64,000 bases of DNA from Eledone cirrhosa (GCA_964016885.1 OZ024741.1:63302001-63366000), one strand, 5' to 3'; shown: positions 40,856 through 56,566, counted from the first letter of the stretch. Program-made: numbers and translations. The notes: generated by a model not told the origin, from the letters alone.

Positions 40856-41178
40856 CAAGGAGACAAACACAGCAATCTTTGTGTGTTTATTTATATTATA
40901 TATATATATGAATGCAAGTTGTAAGTCGTATAAATATTTAATGGCAGTAAAAAATACACCGAAATTTCAATATTTTTATTCTTTCAGAAACTGCCGAATA
41001 ATTATGTACTACTTCGTTGAGTTGCCTTATTTTCTATTCGTTTAACAATCTACAGAATATTATTGAAATAAACTGCCGTAAGAAGTAATTTTGTATAGAT
41101 CAAATTCACATTATCACTATAAAAATATAATAAAACCTTTTTGAATCATTCATACACGGCTATATATATGTCTACACA

Positions 41179-41212
<34 letters not shown>

Positions 41213-41253
41213 ATAATCCGTGTCGGTTAATCTAAGCATTTAACTATCTATAG

Positions 41254-41905
41254 TATAATTATTTCTACTTTAGGCACAAGGCCAGCAATTACCAGTACAT
41301 TACTTGTACTTTATTTTATCGACCCCGTAAGGATGAAAGGCAAAGTTAACTTCGGCGGGATTTGAACTCAGACTGTAAAGGGACGTAACTATGCTAGAAA
41401 GCATGGCGTGCAACCCTCTACCGATACTGCCAATTCACCTATCTCTAGTATAATGAAGCATAACCACTCCACATCAATTGGTCTCCATAAACGCATTATA
41501 TGATTGGTTTCTTACTGAGTTTACCTTTCCTCCTTACGGGGTCGATAAAATAAAGTACCAGTAATGCACTGGGTATGTGCTGGCCTTGTGCCAAAAGTAG
41601 AAACAATTATTGCATTGGCAGAATCGGTAGAGCGTCAGACAACATGCTTTGTACCATAGAGTTGGCCCTTTACGTTCTGGGTTCAAATCCCACCGAGGTT
41701 AACTTTCTCTTTCATCCTCACAGGGTCGATAAAATAAAGTCCCAGTAATACACTGGGGTAATTGCAGGCCTTGTGCCTAAAGTAAAAACAATTATTAAGT
41801 AAGAAAGTTAACTTTACCTTTCATCCTTACGGGGTCGATAAAATAAAGTACCAGTAAGGCAATGGATAATTGCTGGCCTTGTGCCAAACGTAGAAACAAT
41901 TATTA
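41254..41905. mobile_element. Cluster of SINE family 1: one minus copy (41254-41440) and three plus copies (41518-41611, 41615-41797, 41808-41905)
   Basis: The 41615 copy has A box TGGCAGAATCGG and B box GGTTCAAATCC; all end GGCCTTGTGCC.AA.GTA.AAACAATTATT. Confidence 0.9.
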
Positions 41906-41959
41906 AGTAAGAAAAGACTGTTTTACATTTTACGCTTCCGTTTATTGGCAACATAACCC

Positions 41960-42029
41960 CCATTATGCACATTTCTAAGGCATTGAATGTCAATATTTAA
42001 TAGTCATTTAATGCGGTGTCTTCAGACAG
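41960..42029 (-). ncRNA. Hammerhead-like motif with 43-nt stem II and weak stem I
   Basis: Minus strand CTGT-CTGAAGA-CACC GCATTAAATG..CATTCAATGC CTTA-GAAA-TGTGCA-TA-ATGG. Confidence 0.55.
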
Positions 42030-42384
42030 ATGATAAATATATAAACTGTGTTTTGGTTTTGGCTTTTGGGTTTTTGGTCTTTGGTTCTTTGTATGCTCGC
42101 TGTTGAAGTGATATTGTTCATTCGAGTTACGATAAGCATATGCTATAACACGCTGACGAGGGGAGGGGAAGCTGCTTTGATTGTACTAGAATGGGAAATA
42201 CTATCTAATGCTATCTTCGTCTGTTCAGTCCACCATAGCTAGTATTCATTCATCTATTTCCCTATTGCTGTCCATGTCAGCACCAAGCCCCCGCCATTCT
42301 AATCAATATAGAGATTACAGTTTATTCTCAGCGGATAATCTCAATCATATCATTTTTACCAGTATTAAACAAAAATAAATAAAG

Positions 42385-45300
42385 AAATTATTATTATTTT
42401 TTTTTGTTCTTTGAGTCTCAGTCATTGATGTTATTTACCTGGAAAGTTTGTTGAAATGAATATAAAGTCGCTCCCTGCAGCCTCAGATATTCAGGACGTA
42501 TCGGAGGCTTCTTTCTGTTCCCAGCAAGCATGCCTTTTGAAGTGTTCCAAAAAGTGGAGCTGGACTATTCATCTTTAACCATCCTTGGAAACTCTTTGAG
42601 ATAGTACCTAGTTCGCCTATGACAATCGGGTCGACCTTGAGTTCATGGCAGTTCCAAATCCTTTTTACCTCCCACTTTAAGTCCTGGTATCGGTTAATTT
42701 TCTCCCTCTCTTTTTCTTTCAATCTCGTGTCGAATAGGCAGGCTACATCTACAATCAGGCACAATCTTTTTTCCTTGTCCAAAACCACCAGGTCAGGCCT
42801 ATTGTGTTCTAATTTCTTGTCCGTCTGTATCCTAAAATCCGATAGCACCTTCACCTGATCGTTTTCTATCACCGACTCTGGCTTATGCTCATACCACTTC
42901 TCAGAATATGGTAAATTGTTTGCTTTGCATAGATGCCAGTGGATCACCCTGCCTATCACATCATGTCTCCAGCCTTTATAGTGAGTCTGGGCTAGATGTT
43001 TAAACTCGGATACAATGTGAGCCACAGTCTCCTCTATCTCTCTCCACAGATCCTACACAGTGAGCTAGCCTCCTCCTTGTCAATATGGTGTTTCACCCAC
43101 TTCGTTCTGAGGGCTTGCTCTTGCGCAGCCATCAGCATTCCTTCTGTAGACTTTTTACGGTCTCCTCTTTTTAACCAGTTCCATGTCTGTGGATCTCTAA
43201 ATTCAGTTTTCCTAAAGAAGGTACTATGAAGGGATTTTTCATGAAGGCTGCTCCTCCTCCTTGTTGTTATTTGCTCCTTGGTCATCCCCTGGTCTATTGT
43301 CTTCTCATTCAGTACAATTTTGAGCATTGGCTCCCTACTGTCAGTCACGTATTTGTGCAGGTTGTTTTTCTCCATCTCAACACAGTCCTCTATGCTGATA
43401 AGACCTCTTCCACCTTCAGATCTCTTTAAGTAGAGTCTATCGACATCACTATTCTTGTGGATCATGTTGTAGAGTCAATAGCTTCCTAGTCTTCCTATCT
43501 ATTTCTTTTTGTTCAGCAACATTCCATTTCAGAATTCCCGCAACCTAATAATTGTTTCTACGTTTGGCACAAGGCCAGCATTTATCCATTGCATTACTGG
43601 TACTTTATTTTATCGACCTCGTAAGGATGAAAGGCAAATTAACCTCGGTGGGATTTGAACTCAGAATGGCAAGGGCCGTAACTCTATGCGTCAGTCCCTC
43701 TTCCATTACTGCCAATCCACCGCCCTTAATAATAGACACAGCTGGGGAATTCACTGCACTTATGATATTCCTACTATTTAGATGGGACTTTAATACTCTC
43801 CTTCCTCTCCTTATGTACTCAGATCTTATCAATTCATTCATTTTTTTGTTCTTGATGTCATCTGCCTCCAGAACACCTAAATATTTGTATCCTTCTTCAG
43901 TGTCAATTTCCTTTATCATCTCACCTGTTGGTACCTGGATTTCGTTGCTTTGCTCAATTTACCCTTCTTCATCACTAGGACTCCACACTTATTAATACCA
44001 AATTCCATACATATATCATTGCTGAAAATCCGGACAGTGTCAACAAGTACATCCAACTCCTCACTCTTCCCAAAGAGTTTAATATCGTCCATGAAGAGGA
44101 GGTGGTTGATGGTAAGCTCTCCTTTTCCCAACTTGTATCCTGCTCTCACTTTTCGCAATATAACGGTGAGGGGAAAGGCCAAACAATAGAGGGGACAAAC
44201 TATCTCCCTGGAAGATACCTCTATTGATCTTCACACCTCCCAAGGATTCTCCACCCGATGTTAACTCTGTTTCCCAGGACTTCATACTTTTGCTCAACAA
44301 CTGTCTGATGTTATCTGGCATCTTGAAGATCTCTAGGCTTTTGGTTATCCAAGAATGAGGCACCATGTCGAATGCCTTTTTGTAATCTATCCATCCCATG
44401 GCAAGACCAGTGTGTCTCCTCTTGCAATTCCTCATTACCATCTTATCAATAAGTAACTGGTCTTTTGTACCATGGGACTTCTTTCGGCATCCTTTCTGTT
44501 CGTCCAGTAACAAGTTGTTTATGTGGAGGTGATGGTAGATTTCCTCAGACACAATGCTTGTTAACAGTTTCCACATTACGGACAGACATGTGATAGGTCT
44601 ATAGTTGGTAACATCATTACTCTTGATTCGGTCTTTCATTACCAGAACTGTGGTACCTTTTGTCAACCACTCTGGTACTCACCCGACATCAAGCAGTCAT
44701 TGAACATGGTTGTCAGTTTCGGGTGGAGGGATATTATAGTTTTAATCCAATACCCCTGCACACCATCTGGGCCTGGTGATTTCCAATTGGTTAGTTGCTT
44801 GGTCTGCCCTTTAAGGGTTTCAACTGTGATACTCAAATCAGTTTGTTGGTGTGCTTGTTCACTAATCTCCTTTTCTACTGTCTCAATCCACACTGCCTGA
44901 TCATTATGTTCAACATCCTGCTCCCATATTCCTTTCCAGAATGTCTGTTCCGCCTCAGGGATCAATTCGTTGCCTCTTTTTTTCCCTTCAAGCTGTCCAA
45001 ACAACATCTTCTGGTTGTTGTCAAACATGCGGTTCTGTCTATACTGACTGACTCTGTTCTCATACTGCCTAATCTTTGCACTCTTTGCTACAATGCATTG
45101 CTTCAGTTTCTCTATGATGATATTTAGCTTTTTCCTCCTAATTTTGTACTTTATTTCCAGTCTATTTTTAGTGTCTATGTTTTGTAGTGTCCCATTCAGT
45201 AGGGACTCAAGCTTTCCAATGTTATTTCTCATTTTTCTGATTTGACCATTCAGTCGTTTCTTCCACCAAGGTTCTTATCTTTCTTGTTTGTTGTTTACTC

Positions 45301-46220
45301 TCGCTTTTATGCCAAGTAATTTCCTCACCGCATTTGCTATTGCTTTGAGGATATTGTTGCACTGGTGAAGGTTCCTCGCCTCAACGTATGGGATGACTTT
45401 GTTTACCTTAGCTGTTGTTTCTTTTAACTTTTTCCTGTCTACAAATCTTAGGTTCATAGGTGTTCCACTATCATTGTTCATTTCATCTACCACTAAGTTT
45501 AGGATATCAACCAAACTTGTCCTAGCCCGTCAGCATTCATTTCCTCAATGGCCGTATCTTTGTTCCAGTTGTTATTTATTTCAGCATTCTGATCATTGTC
45601 TGCTTCGGATGTTTCCTCGGTTCTCTCAACCTCTTCACCTTCATTTCCCACTGGTTCCTTTGTCTGGCATACTCCACTCTCCATTTCTAACCTAATCTCT
45701 CTGCTCAGCTCCTCCAGTTCCAGCTCGCTTATCCACTAGTTCTTATTAGACGAGCCTGCCCGGCCAATTTTTGTTCATCTAATTTAAATAGACCAATCTC
45801 GTTCTAGATGTTATGTATAGCCTTTTTCCTTGGGGTTATCCTTCAGGTAACATTCCATTACAGTTCTATTCAATTCTTTCGTCCAGTTGGTTCTTGTCCC
45901 TTTCCTTCTTCTTCTTCTTCTTCCTCCAACACCAGCAGTATTTGGATGACAGCCAGGTCCCTGCTGCTGGGCCAGGGGGCACTTGCTGGGTGAGAGTCTG
46001 TCACATGGCTTTCCAGTTTCCTCTTCACCGTTATTCGAACTGTTTAGGTTCGACATTTAAACACTCATATCGAGGAGTGGTGAATGTTTGGTTACATAAC
46101 CACTGGAGATTTAATTACCCCCAGTGATTTCATCACCCCTAGTGATTTCATCACCCCCGGTGATTTTAGCGTGGCACCATCACGCTGTAGACAAACATAA
46201 ATAAATAAACAAATAAATAG
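42385..46220 (-). mobile_element. Near full-length R4/Dong retrotransposon, family A, pseudogenised, interrupted by a SINE
   Basis: Colinear with 4086-7700 on the minus strand: ATG 46056 MSNLN, RT, CCHC, RLE, stop 42483, TAA tail ~42387. Confidence 0.95.
43547..43727 (-). mobile_element. SINE family 1 nested in the Dong RT region
   Basis: Full-length SINE with A/B boxes on the minus strand, flanked by TAATAAT. Confidence 0.88.
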
Positions 46221-46890
46221 ATGAAAACTTAAAAAAATAAACATAAGTTTTATTGTAACGTTTCAATGTCTGACTTAGTTTTTTTGTTTGTTTGTTTGTT
46301 TTTTTCCTTTACGTTTCTCGTTTTTCAAGGCCAGTAACATCGGTTACTAGTGTTGTTGTTGTTGCTGCTGCTGCTGTTTTTGATTTTAGCTACGTGGGAA
46401 GTAGAGGTTGTTGCGTTCAAAACTTTTGAAATTTGTTGTTGTTGGACTTGTTTTTGTCTGTGTTCTGTTCTATAATCTTTCGACTTGCTGCTTATTATTA
46501 TTATTATATTATAGTTTAGAGTTGACATCGTTTAAACTAAACATTTTGAGAGTGTTTAGAGATACAACAACAATTATTATTTTGGTGTTGTTGTTAGCTG
46601 TTTGACCGGGTCACTAAATCAGTCTATTTATATCTTTTGATACCTTCCTCGCTTCTATTCAGGTGTAGTAACACTACTACCATCCCTCTCTTAACAGGAG
46701 GTAGTGAGGGAATAGTGGTGGTAGTGATGATGCAGTGGTGGCGTTGGTGATGGGATAGTAGTACTATAGTGATGGTGTTGCTGCAGCCGTTGGTTTTTAA
46801 TTTGTTTGTGGTAGTTGTGATAGTGGCGGGGGAGGTGGTGGTGTTGATGGTGAAATTATTTGGCTGTTGTTTGTATTATTATTATTATTA

Positions 46891-47935
46891 TGAGCTGCAG
46901 TCCTGGGTCAAGAAGAGACCGAGACCGGGTGACTGGCACCTGGAATGTTGCCAGGCACTCACTGCCCTCTACCAAGCGAGCAATGCGATCAGTGGAACTT
47001 CCACTCTCGAGTTCTATAGAGGATTAGTGGTGGGCAAGTGCGATGACGCACTCGGAGAAGCTTTGGGCCTCGACGAAGTCGAACTGACCAGTCTGTACCA
47101 GAGGACTTTTGAGCCGGGGACGATGGACAATTTCCAGAAATCCCTCGCTTGGCAGTGCTACCGGGGGGCACTGCCGGCACGGAAGGGTTGTCAGACGGAC
47201 CTGCCCAAGATGCGCACAGAACGACGAAACCGTTTTGCACGCACTTGTCCAATGTCAGTGCATTACTGACTTGTGGAGTTATGTCGAACAGCTACTGTCG
47301 CGTGTGGAACGAATCCCGCTATCGGCCGAGTCCATAGTAAAGATCGAGCCGCCACCTTCCTTAGGTCAGGAAGAGCAGGACATTTTCCTCTGTCTGGTGG
47401 CAGTTGCGAAAGAGATTATATGGTGGACCAGGTTGAAAGGACTAAAGACAAACATTTTTCTCTTCGGCCAATCCCTCATCAACTTCTTCAAGTTTCACCT
47501 GGAAAGGAGGGTGAGGGTGGAGAGAGAAGTGCTGCCCCCCCCCCAGTACATTTGCTAAAAGGTGGGTGAATGTGGCGAGAATGGCTCGTGTGAATGGGCC
47601 TACTCTGACCATGCGCCTATAGGCTGGCTAACTTGAGGGGTGCTCTCCCTGGGTGCCCTAGAAGCGCAGGGTGGTTCAGGATTGGTGGGGTACCCGAATC
47701 ACCCCAGGTCGTCCACCCCCTATCGGGGAATTTATTTTGTTATATTTATGCATAGTTTATTTTATATTTTTATATTTTCATTGTTAAATTAGTCTTGCCA
47801 TTGTGCACTTTTACTCGACCTTATTGTAAACCCCCACTATCCCTGTCTTCGTATTGTCCGCTACATGTCGGCCCTTGTGGCTAATAAATGAAATCATTAT
47901 TATTATTATTATTATTATTATTAATATTATTATTG
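46891..47935 (+). mobile_element. Tx1/L1-like LINE 3' fragment (ORF2 C-terminal CCHC region plus 3' UTR), inserted in (ATT)n
   Basis: KSLAWQCYRGALP..TCPRCAQNDETVLHALVQC..DLW..AKEIIWWTR; ends AATAAATGAAATC(ATT)n; (ATT)n also at the 5' junction. Confidence 0.8.
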
Positions 47936-49239
47936 TAGTGTAAATATAGTCTGTTGGCATCCATAGGTCTTTAAAGAATAATTATTCTAGTTGTGATGTA
48001 GAGGAAGGGGGTGCTTAAATGTGCGAGTATCTCTATGAGCGTGTGTACGAGCTAAATCTCATTTTAGTAGGTTTACGGCAATGTACTTGCGCATACATGT
48101 ACAGATGCATAGAGCGTCCCTGCATCAACATACATGCCTGTACTCGTGAGCGTTTGACAACACACTTGCACAGGGAGACAGAAACCACACACCTGCATAC
48201 ACGTACACACGGACATGTACACACAAAGCTGAATAAAGTTGAAATGTATTCACATCGTAAATGTAGGCGAGAAATAGAACTTTAGATGCAAGGGGAATGG
48301 TTATTCCACATTTAATACATATTACCTTTTCATCTTAGAGGTGGTACTGTGATAGGTATTAGATATGAAAGCGTTTTTTTCAGAATTGAAAGAATTAGCT
48401 ATGGGAAAGGCTCAGTACTCTATTAACTAGTGTACATTGTCATCGACGGACTAGGTGGTTGCGTTCGGATGTGATCTGAGGGCCGAGTCCACGTTGTTGT
48501 AAGGTGGTTCCAAAGGTAAATGATATCTAAAGAATTGCAAGACTATTGGTTTTTATGTTGACATGTCTTAAACTATTCGATTCGAAAACATATATATATA
48601 CATACATATATATGATAGCTACCACTTCTTTACAAAAGACGGCCATTACTTCAACGAATTCCCAGTTAGTATGAATTACCGCCAACTGCAGGCTGCAGGC
48701 CAGTTTGATGACTGAACAGGCTTTGTTTAGGTAACCTTTTTTAGAGCTTTCCTATGTGGTATGGGTGAGCAGCCCGTTCTCAAACGCTCAAATCTCGGCC
48801 CATTGATAGCTATTGTTTTTGTGCTACTGGGTGTTCACTTACCCTCCTCACCAGACCAGGATTAAATGGGGAGCCGGTTTAGTCGCCAACTACTTGACTA
48901 TAAAACAATCTGTACTGGGTTACAATGGTACCAGTAGCATGTGTATATATATACGCTTACATACATATCTATACACATGCCGACATAAATATATATATAT
49001 ACAACACACACTCTTACAGTTTTACAGGCAAACAAAACACACACATACACCCGTATATACACACAAATACTCACAGATTTGTACTTATAAACACACACAC
49101 ATGCACAACTTCATATATAAAATGGTTTTCTTTCTTTTTCGGCAAGACATGCTCGATCACCACCTTTTAAAACAAGATCATCTTACACAAAACGCGAGAA
49201 TCAACAGTTTTCCAAGAGATGGTGACGTAAATAGACCTG

Positions 49240-49437
49240 TTTTTCTCTAAAAAAATCATTTTTTTCGTTTCTGCTCAATTAATCTATTTCTTCTTTGATT
49301 TCTTATTCTATTTTGTGATGAAGGACTAGCGTCCGAAATGATAAAACTCTTTTCCTACTATATCAAACGTAAAAGAAATAAAATATTTCTTTATTGTGCT
49401 CTGTCGTTTGCTTTGTTATTTCTGTTTGGCTTTTGTA
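49240..49437 (+). repeat. PLE pLTR remnant (relative at 62130-62293) with a degenerate hammerhead at 49311-49346
   Basis: TTTT-GTGATGA-A-GGAC TAGC GTCC-GAAA-TGA-TA-AAA; GAAGGACTAGCGTCCGAA is shared with 62180-62197. Confidence 0.6.
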
Positions 49438-49439
49438 TA

Positions 49440-49572
<133 letters not shown>

Positions 49573-51522
49573 CCAGACAAAGAGAGAGAGAGAGAGAATT
49601 AGTTAGATAGAAGAATTGACAGATATTGAAAAAGTTTGTTAGAAAACCCTAACAGTATAAAAAGCTTATAATTTAAATTACCAAATATCTTCAGGGCATA
49701 TAGAGTTAATGATAAATATAGGTTATACTTTTGAATCCTAATTATGTTAGAGTTTACAAACTCATGATGAGACATGTTGTTTGTCGTTACATTGAAAACA
49801 TCGCTAATTTGTAGCTCCCGAAATCTTCATTGCACATGCTTGCAGTTCACCAATACTTCTAAATGTATGTTTCGTGGTTTTTTTACATCTTTATAATTAG
49901 GTGAGCTTTCGTGATTAGAAGACATGGCACTGTGTATTTTGAAAAGACCTGTGTTGTATTTATTCAACGTGTTACCTTTTGCTGGCATAATGGGATAGAA
50001 AAGAAGTTTTAACTGTGCGCTGCGAGGTCACTGAGTACGCCGGGAAAGAGCAATTTTCTCTCACATTGTGAACAATGCAAATTGAAATTCGAAATAGGAA
50101 ATACAAATAGCTTTTCACTGCGTTATGCCGTGCTAATATATATGTAACACCTTTGAAAACATTTTCGAATTTAGGTACAGAGAACGCCAAGATATTACTG
50201 CTTATTCTAAAGTATGTCGCGTGCACTAAATGTTTGAGAACCATGATGCTAGAGGATGTGACAGCAAATATGTTTTTATATATTGTGGTGTATCTCTCGT
50301 CAAGAAGATTTCAACATATATTTTCCCACAGGTGTGATGCAATTTGTATTCACAGTTCTCATATCCATGCCACACTTCCTCACCAACAACATAACTCTCA
50401 CCAATCCTAAAACTCACTCCTTCAATATTCCATCTAAAAAAATTTCATTATTGTTTAAATTACTTATGTAGACCGAGTGTTTAGAGAATTATCTTGCGCA
50501 ATTGAAAATCGACTTCAATGGTATCCGAATGCAAGGTGGAAGAGAGAGAATGGACCGCCAGACAAAATAGAAACAAAGGATCACAACGGCTGCAGCCATA
50601 AATGTAAATGGAACATGTTGCTTGTTGTCATGTGTGGTATGTGATGGTAGCTGGTGTTGGTTGTAAGAGTATCGATTGTGTTTGCTTGAGTTCGGGCATA
50701 TAATTGTCCTAGATTATATATATATATTGAGTATATGTTGGTTGTTTACCGACACCTCAGTATGCAGATTGACACAGAAAAATCACGTGGTACAACCCAC
50801 CATACTCAGCGGCCCTAAAGAACAGCATGGCCCGCTCATTCTTTAGAACACTAGATAAATGCTTCCCGAAGAACCATAGATACCGCAAGATCTTCAACAG
50901 ACACACTCAATTTCTCATATTCAACCACGCGAAATGTAGCCCAGCACATAACTAGCATTAATAGGGGTAGACTTAAAAACCACACACAATCAGAAGCTGG
51001 CAATATAGGCACCCGACAGAACCATGTGGAGGGAAAGAATGGTGGACCCAGTAACCCAAACAGACCCAGGGACCCCCCCCCTCCCACCGGGCCGGGGGAG
51101 GACCACCATATAATACGCAACGGGAACCCCACATTAGGCACGTGGTGGTCGACCACCTCCTGCAACTGCAGAAACCCAGCATTATGCCCCTTAGTAATGA
51201 ATCCCCAAGGAAGAACTTAATATACGGATGTAGAGTAAAAACCCCCAACTCTGAACACCTTTACATAGGAGCCACATCAACGAGCTTTAAGGACCGATGG
51301 TATAACCATCGCCATTCCTTTAACAGGGAGGACAAAAAGAAAAGTACGGCTTTTTCCGAACTGATCTGGAAGCTCAAGCTGGACAGGACCCCGTACACTC
51401 TGGCCTGGCCCAAAATCAGGAAAGTACCACCTGATAAAGGGGGATCTGGCATCTGCAAACTATGTCTGAGCGAGACCCTCGAGATACTCAGCGGTGGAAG
51501 CAGCCTGATAAACTTCAGGACT

Positions 51523-51812
51523 GACTTCTTCGGGACATGTAGACACCTTAGGGCTGGGACCTTCCTCAAGCTATATGGACACACTGGGAGGGGAACTTCT
51601 CTCAAGCTATAGGGACGTCTCCGGGGTATGTAGACACCCCAGGTCCGGACCTTCCTCAAGCAATATGAACAATAACAACACTTTGGGATGGGAACTTCCC
51701 TCAAGCTATAGGGACTTACCCGGGATATGTAGACACCTCAGGACCGGGACCTTCCTCTAGCTATATTGGAAACAACAACGCATTGGGAAGGGAACTTCCC
51801 TCAAGCTATAGG
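51523..51812 (+). repeat. Three tandem ~90-100-bp units duplicating the PLE ORF terminus
   Basis: Each unit has ATGTAGACACC..GGACCTTCCTC..GGGAACTTC.CTCAAGCTATAGG. Confidence 0.85.
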
Positions 51813-51962
51813 AACAGTAGCCCCGCCACACCGAGCCCACAGTAAACCACTCCTTACACATTCACCACCCATACCCCTGCCTCGATCGACTCCTATGGCA
51901 GCACACGCATATATCCATACATAGATCCTGTTATTTAAGATTGTACATACACTGATACTTAC

Positions 51963-52066
<104 letters not shown>

Positions 52067-53078
52067 GCGTGTGCGTGTGTCTTCGAGTATATATATACAT
52101 ATATGTATGTGGGTGTGTGTGTGTTTGTATAATCTGTGTGTGTGTATGGGTGTGTGTGAATATGGGATGCCCCTGGGCCCGTGTTAGTGCGTGTAGGCTT
52201 GCAACGATGTGGGTTGACATACACGCATATGTACTCTATGCCGAATTAAAAACTGAAGACCTCTGCATTTCCGGATTTTGACACTCAGTTTATGGTGTTT
52301 TACACTCCACTCTTGCTTCATATGCTCTAAAAACGCACCACAAAATGATAGTGTAAAGATCGTAATCCTTTGCATTTCCCGATTCTGACACATAGCCTTT
52401 ATACTTCAGTCAATATTTTCCAAAACTTTCAAACTTTAATATTGGCTATAACACACACGCACTTTATTCTTCTTTGATATTTGATATTGGCTATAACAAA
52501 CACGCATTTTATTCTATTTTATTCATTTATTTTTTTTTTTTTTACTTCTTCATTTTATTGTATCGTATCTTATATTATATTATGTATTTTAACTTATTTT
52601 TTTATATTTTATTTCTTCATTTTACCTTATCTATGATTCAATTATCTGTTATACCTATATATGATTCAATTATCTGTTTGGCACCCTCCACCACGTGAAA
52701 GGGTGTTAGGATTGATGCCAACACACACACACTCATTCTTCTAAAGACAGCAGCAGTAGAACTAAGGCTGACCTGCCAGCTGACCCCCTAACACCAATAA
52801 ACACAAGGGAGGAGGTCAGCTATACTTAACAAAAACAACCACAACAGATTGGCTTGCCTCAGAAAAAAGATTCTATAGACTTCTGACTGAGGAATGTTCT
52901 CACAACTGACCAATGGGAGGAGAGAGTGTCCTATGATGCCGAAATTCGTTTGTTCGAATTCATATGATTCCAGTTCCTCAGAGAAATAACAACCCAACCA
53001 AGAGCTGGACATATCGGAGTATTCACGGAGTAAAACACTTTAACAAAATGTGTACCTGTCTCTACCACACCAATTCGA

Positions 53079-53133
53079 ACTGCCTGAAGAGGTCACAGCC
53101 AATGATGGCTGTCACCGAAATATATATAGCAGT
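53079..53133 (+). ncRNA. Type-I hammerhead ribozyme motif
   Basis: ACTGC-CTGAAGA-GGTC ACAGCCA ATGA TGGCTGT CACC-GAAA-TATATA-TA-GCAGT; covaries with the 24836 motif. Confidence 0.88.
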
Positions 53134-53208
53134 ACATCTTTAATAAACGAGGCCAAATCTTAAATATTCGACTTAATTACTTTATTTTATATATCGCTCT
53201 CTCGCTCT

Positions 53209-53257
<49 letters not shown>

Positions 53258-53281
53258 GAGCGAGAGAGCGAGAGTGAGATA

Positions 53282-53377
<96 letters not shown>

Positions 53378-54055
53378 CGAGAGAGAGTCTGGCGGTCAAC
53401 CGATACTGACACCAACTGCAACCCTAAAAGCAAAAATCAATATATTGGTATTTTTATAAGTGCCATAAAAACCAATTCCTGATGGCTGGGAACAGTGAAT
53501 AACTTTATGTTGCACACGATGGAAATATATTTTGGCAATCGAAATTGGATGAGAGGCACCCTAATGTTGAAGCAAATCGAAGGCAGAACGTATGTAAATA
53601 TTGGTCTCAATTAGATTTAACACTTTCAAATTCAGTGATAGTGGTATTCGATTATATTGAAGACACTGCAAGCATGGAAGGCAAAGTCGACATCGGTGGC
53701 ATTTGAAAGTAGAATATACCAGTCCATAAAATTCGTTGTTGAACATTACATCAGTAATCTAATTATTCTGACACCCACTCCACGCTAAAAATAACAATAA
53801 AGTATTGACAGCAGAAACAATGATTCCTGTCTGTAATAAAATAGATAAAATATTAAACAGAACCAGCCAGCCTATACCATCGCACCTCCAAATTAAAAAT
53901 AATCGTAATAAACACAAAAATGATATCAGACATAGTTTCGATTCGTGGATTAATATAATCATCAAAACAGTAACAATATATTTGGTATGTGATCAAATAT
54001 ATTGATTCACAATTCACCGTCTTATGAGTTCGTTAGAATATCTTGTTATTTATTC

Positions 54056-54059
<4 letters not shown>

Positions 54060-54091
<32 letters not shown>

Positions 54092-54112
54092 TATATACAT
54101 ATATATATATAT

Positions 54113-54210
<98 letters not shown>

Positions 54211-54220
54211 GTATATATAC

Positions 54221-54279
<59 letters not shown>

Positions 54280-54280
54280 C

Positions 54281-54363
<83 letters not shown>

Positions 54364-54364
54364 C

Positions 54365-54429
<65 letters not shown>

Positions 54430-54430
54430 C

Positions 54431-54507
<77 letters not shown>
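54060..54507. repeat. Long (TA)n/(TACA) microsatellite
   Basis: Direct inspection. Confidence 0.95.
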
Positions 54508-54509
<2 letters not shown>

Positions 54510-54698
54510 AACGAGTAGGACCCCGACGGATGAGCTCAAGCCGTTTCGACGGCTAATTTGGGGACCAGAATTAGCCGTCGAAACGGCTTGAGCTCAGCCG
54601 TCGGGGTCCTACTCGTTCCTATTACCCACTCTACTACCCTAAGTATTGAGTACTTTTGTGCGTTATGGTCTACCTGGTTCCTTACCACATTTCCTTCG

Positions 54699-54700
<2 letters not shown>
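54505..54700. repeat. Hairpin (54505-54622) with one-sided tail; PLE pLTR remnant
   Basis: ~54-bp arms around TGGGGACCAG; (TA)n on both sides. Confidence 0.85.
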
Positions 54701-54782
<82 letters not shown>

Positions 54783-54934
54783 ATATACACACACATTCAT
54801 ATCTACACACACACACACACACACATAAATATATATATATAATATATATCTATATATCTATATGTATGTATATATATATATTCGTTCCGTAAATTTCTTG
54901 ATGTGTAATAATTGTTTCTACTTTTGGCACAAGG

Positions 54935-56225
<1,291 letters not shown>

Positions 56226-56396
56226 ATATATATATGTATTTGATATATATATGTATATATATAATTGTTTCTACGTTTGGCACAAGGCCAGCAATTATCT
56301 CAGTGTATTACTGGTACTTTATTTTATCGACCCCGTAAGCATGAAAGGCAAAGTTAACCTATAATGATGTATATATATATGTATATATCCAAATAT

Positions 56397-56566
<170 letters not shown>

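Noticed and set aside
50472-50521. Plus-strand AG..GT segment encoding TECLENYLAQLKIDFN-G, resembling the preceding class B GPCR exon
   Set aside because: Wrong strand relative to the supported exon, weak splice sites, and an inversion between the Dong copies would give the wrong exon order; probably chance.
51523-51812. CRISPR-like repeat-spacer appearance
   Set aside because: The spacers are homologous to each other, the context is a eukaryotic retroelement, and there are no cas genes.
54002-54591. Long [12 protein letters not shown] ORFs here and throughout the ORF track
   Set aside because: They are translations of dinucleotide microsatellites.
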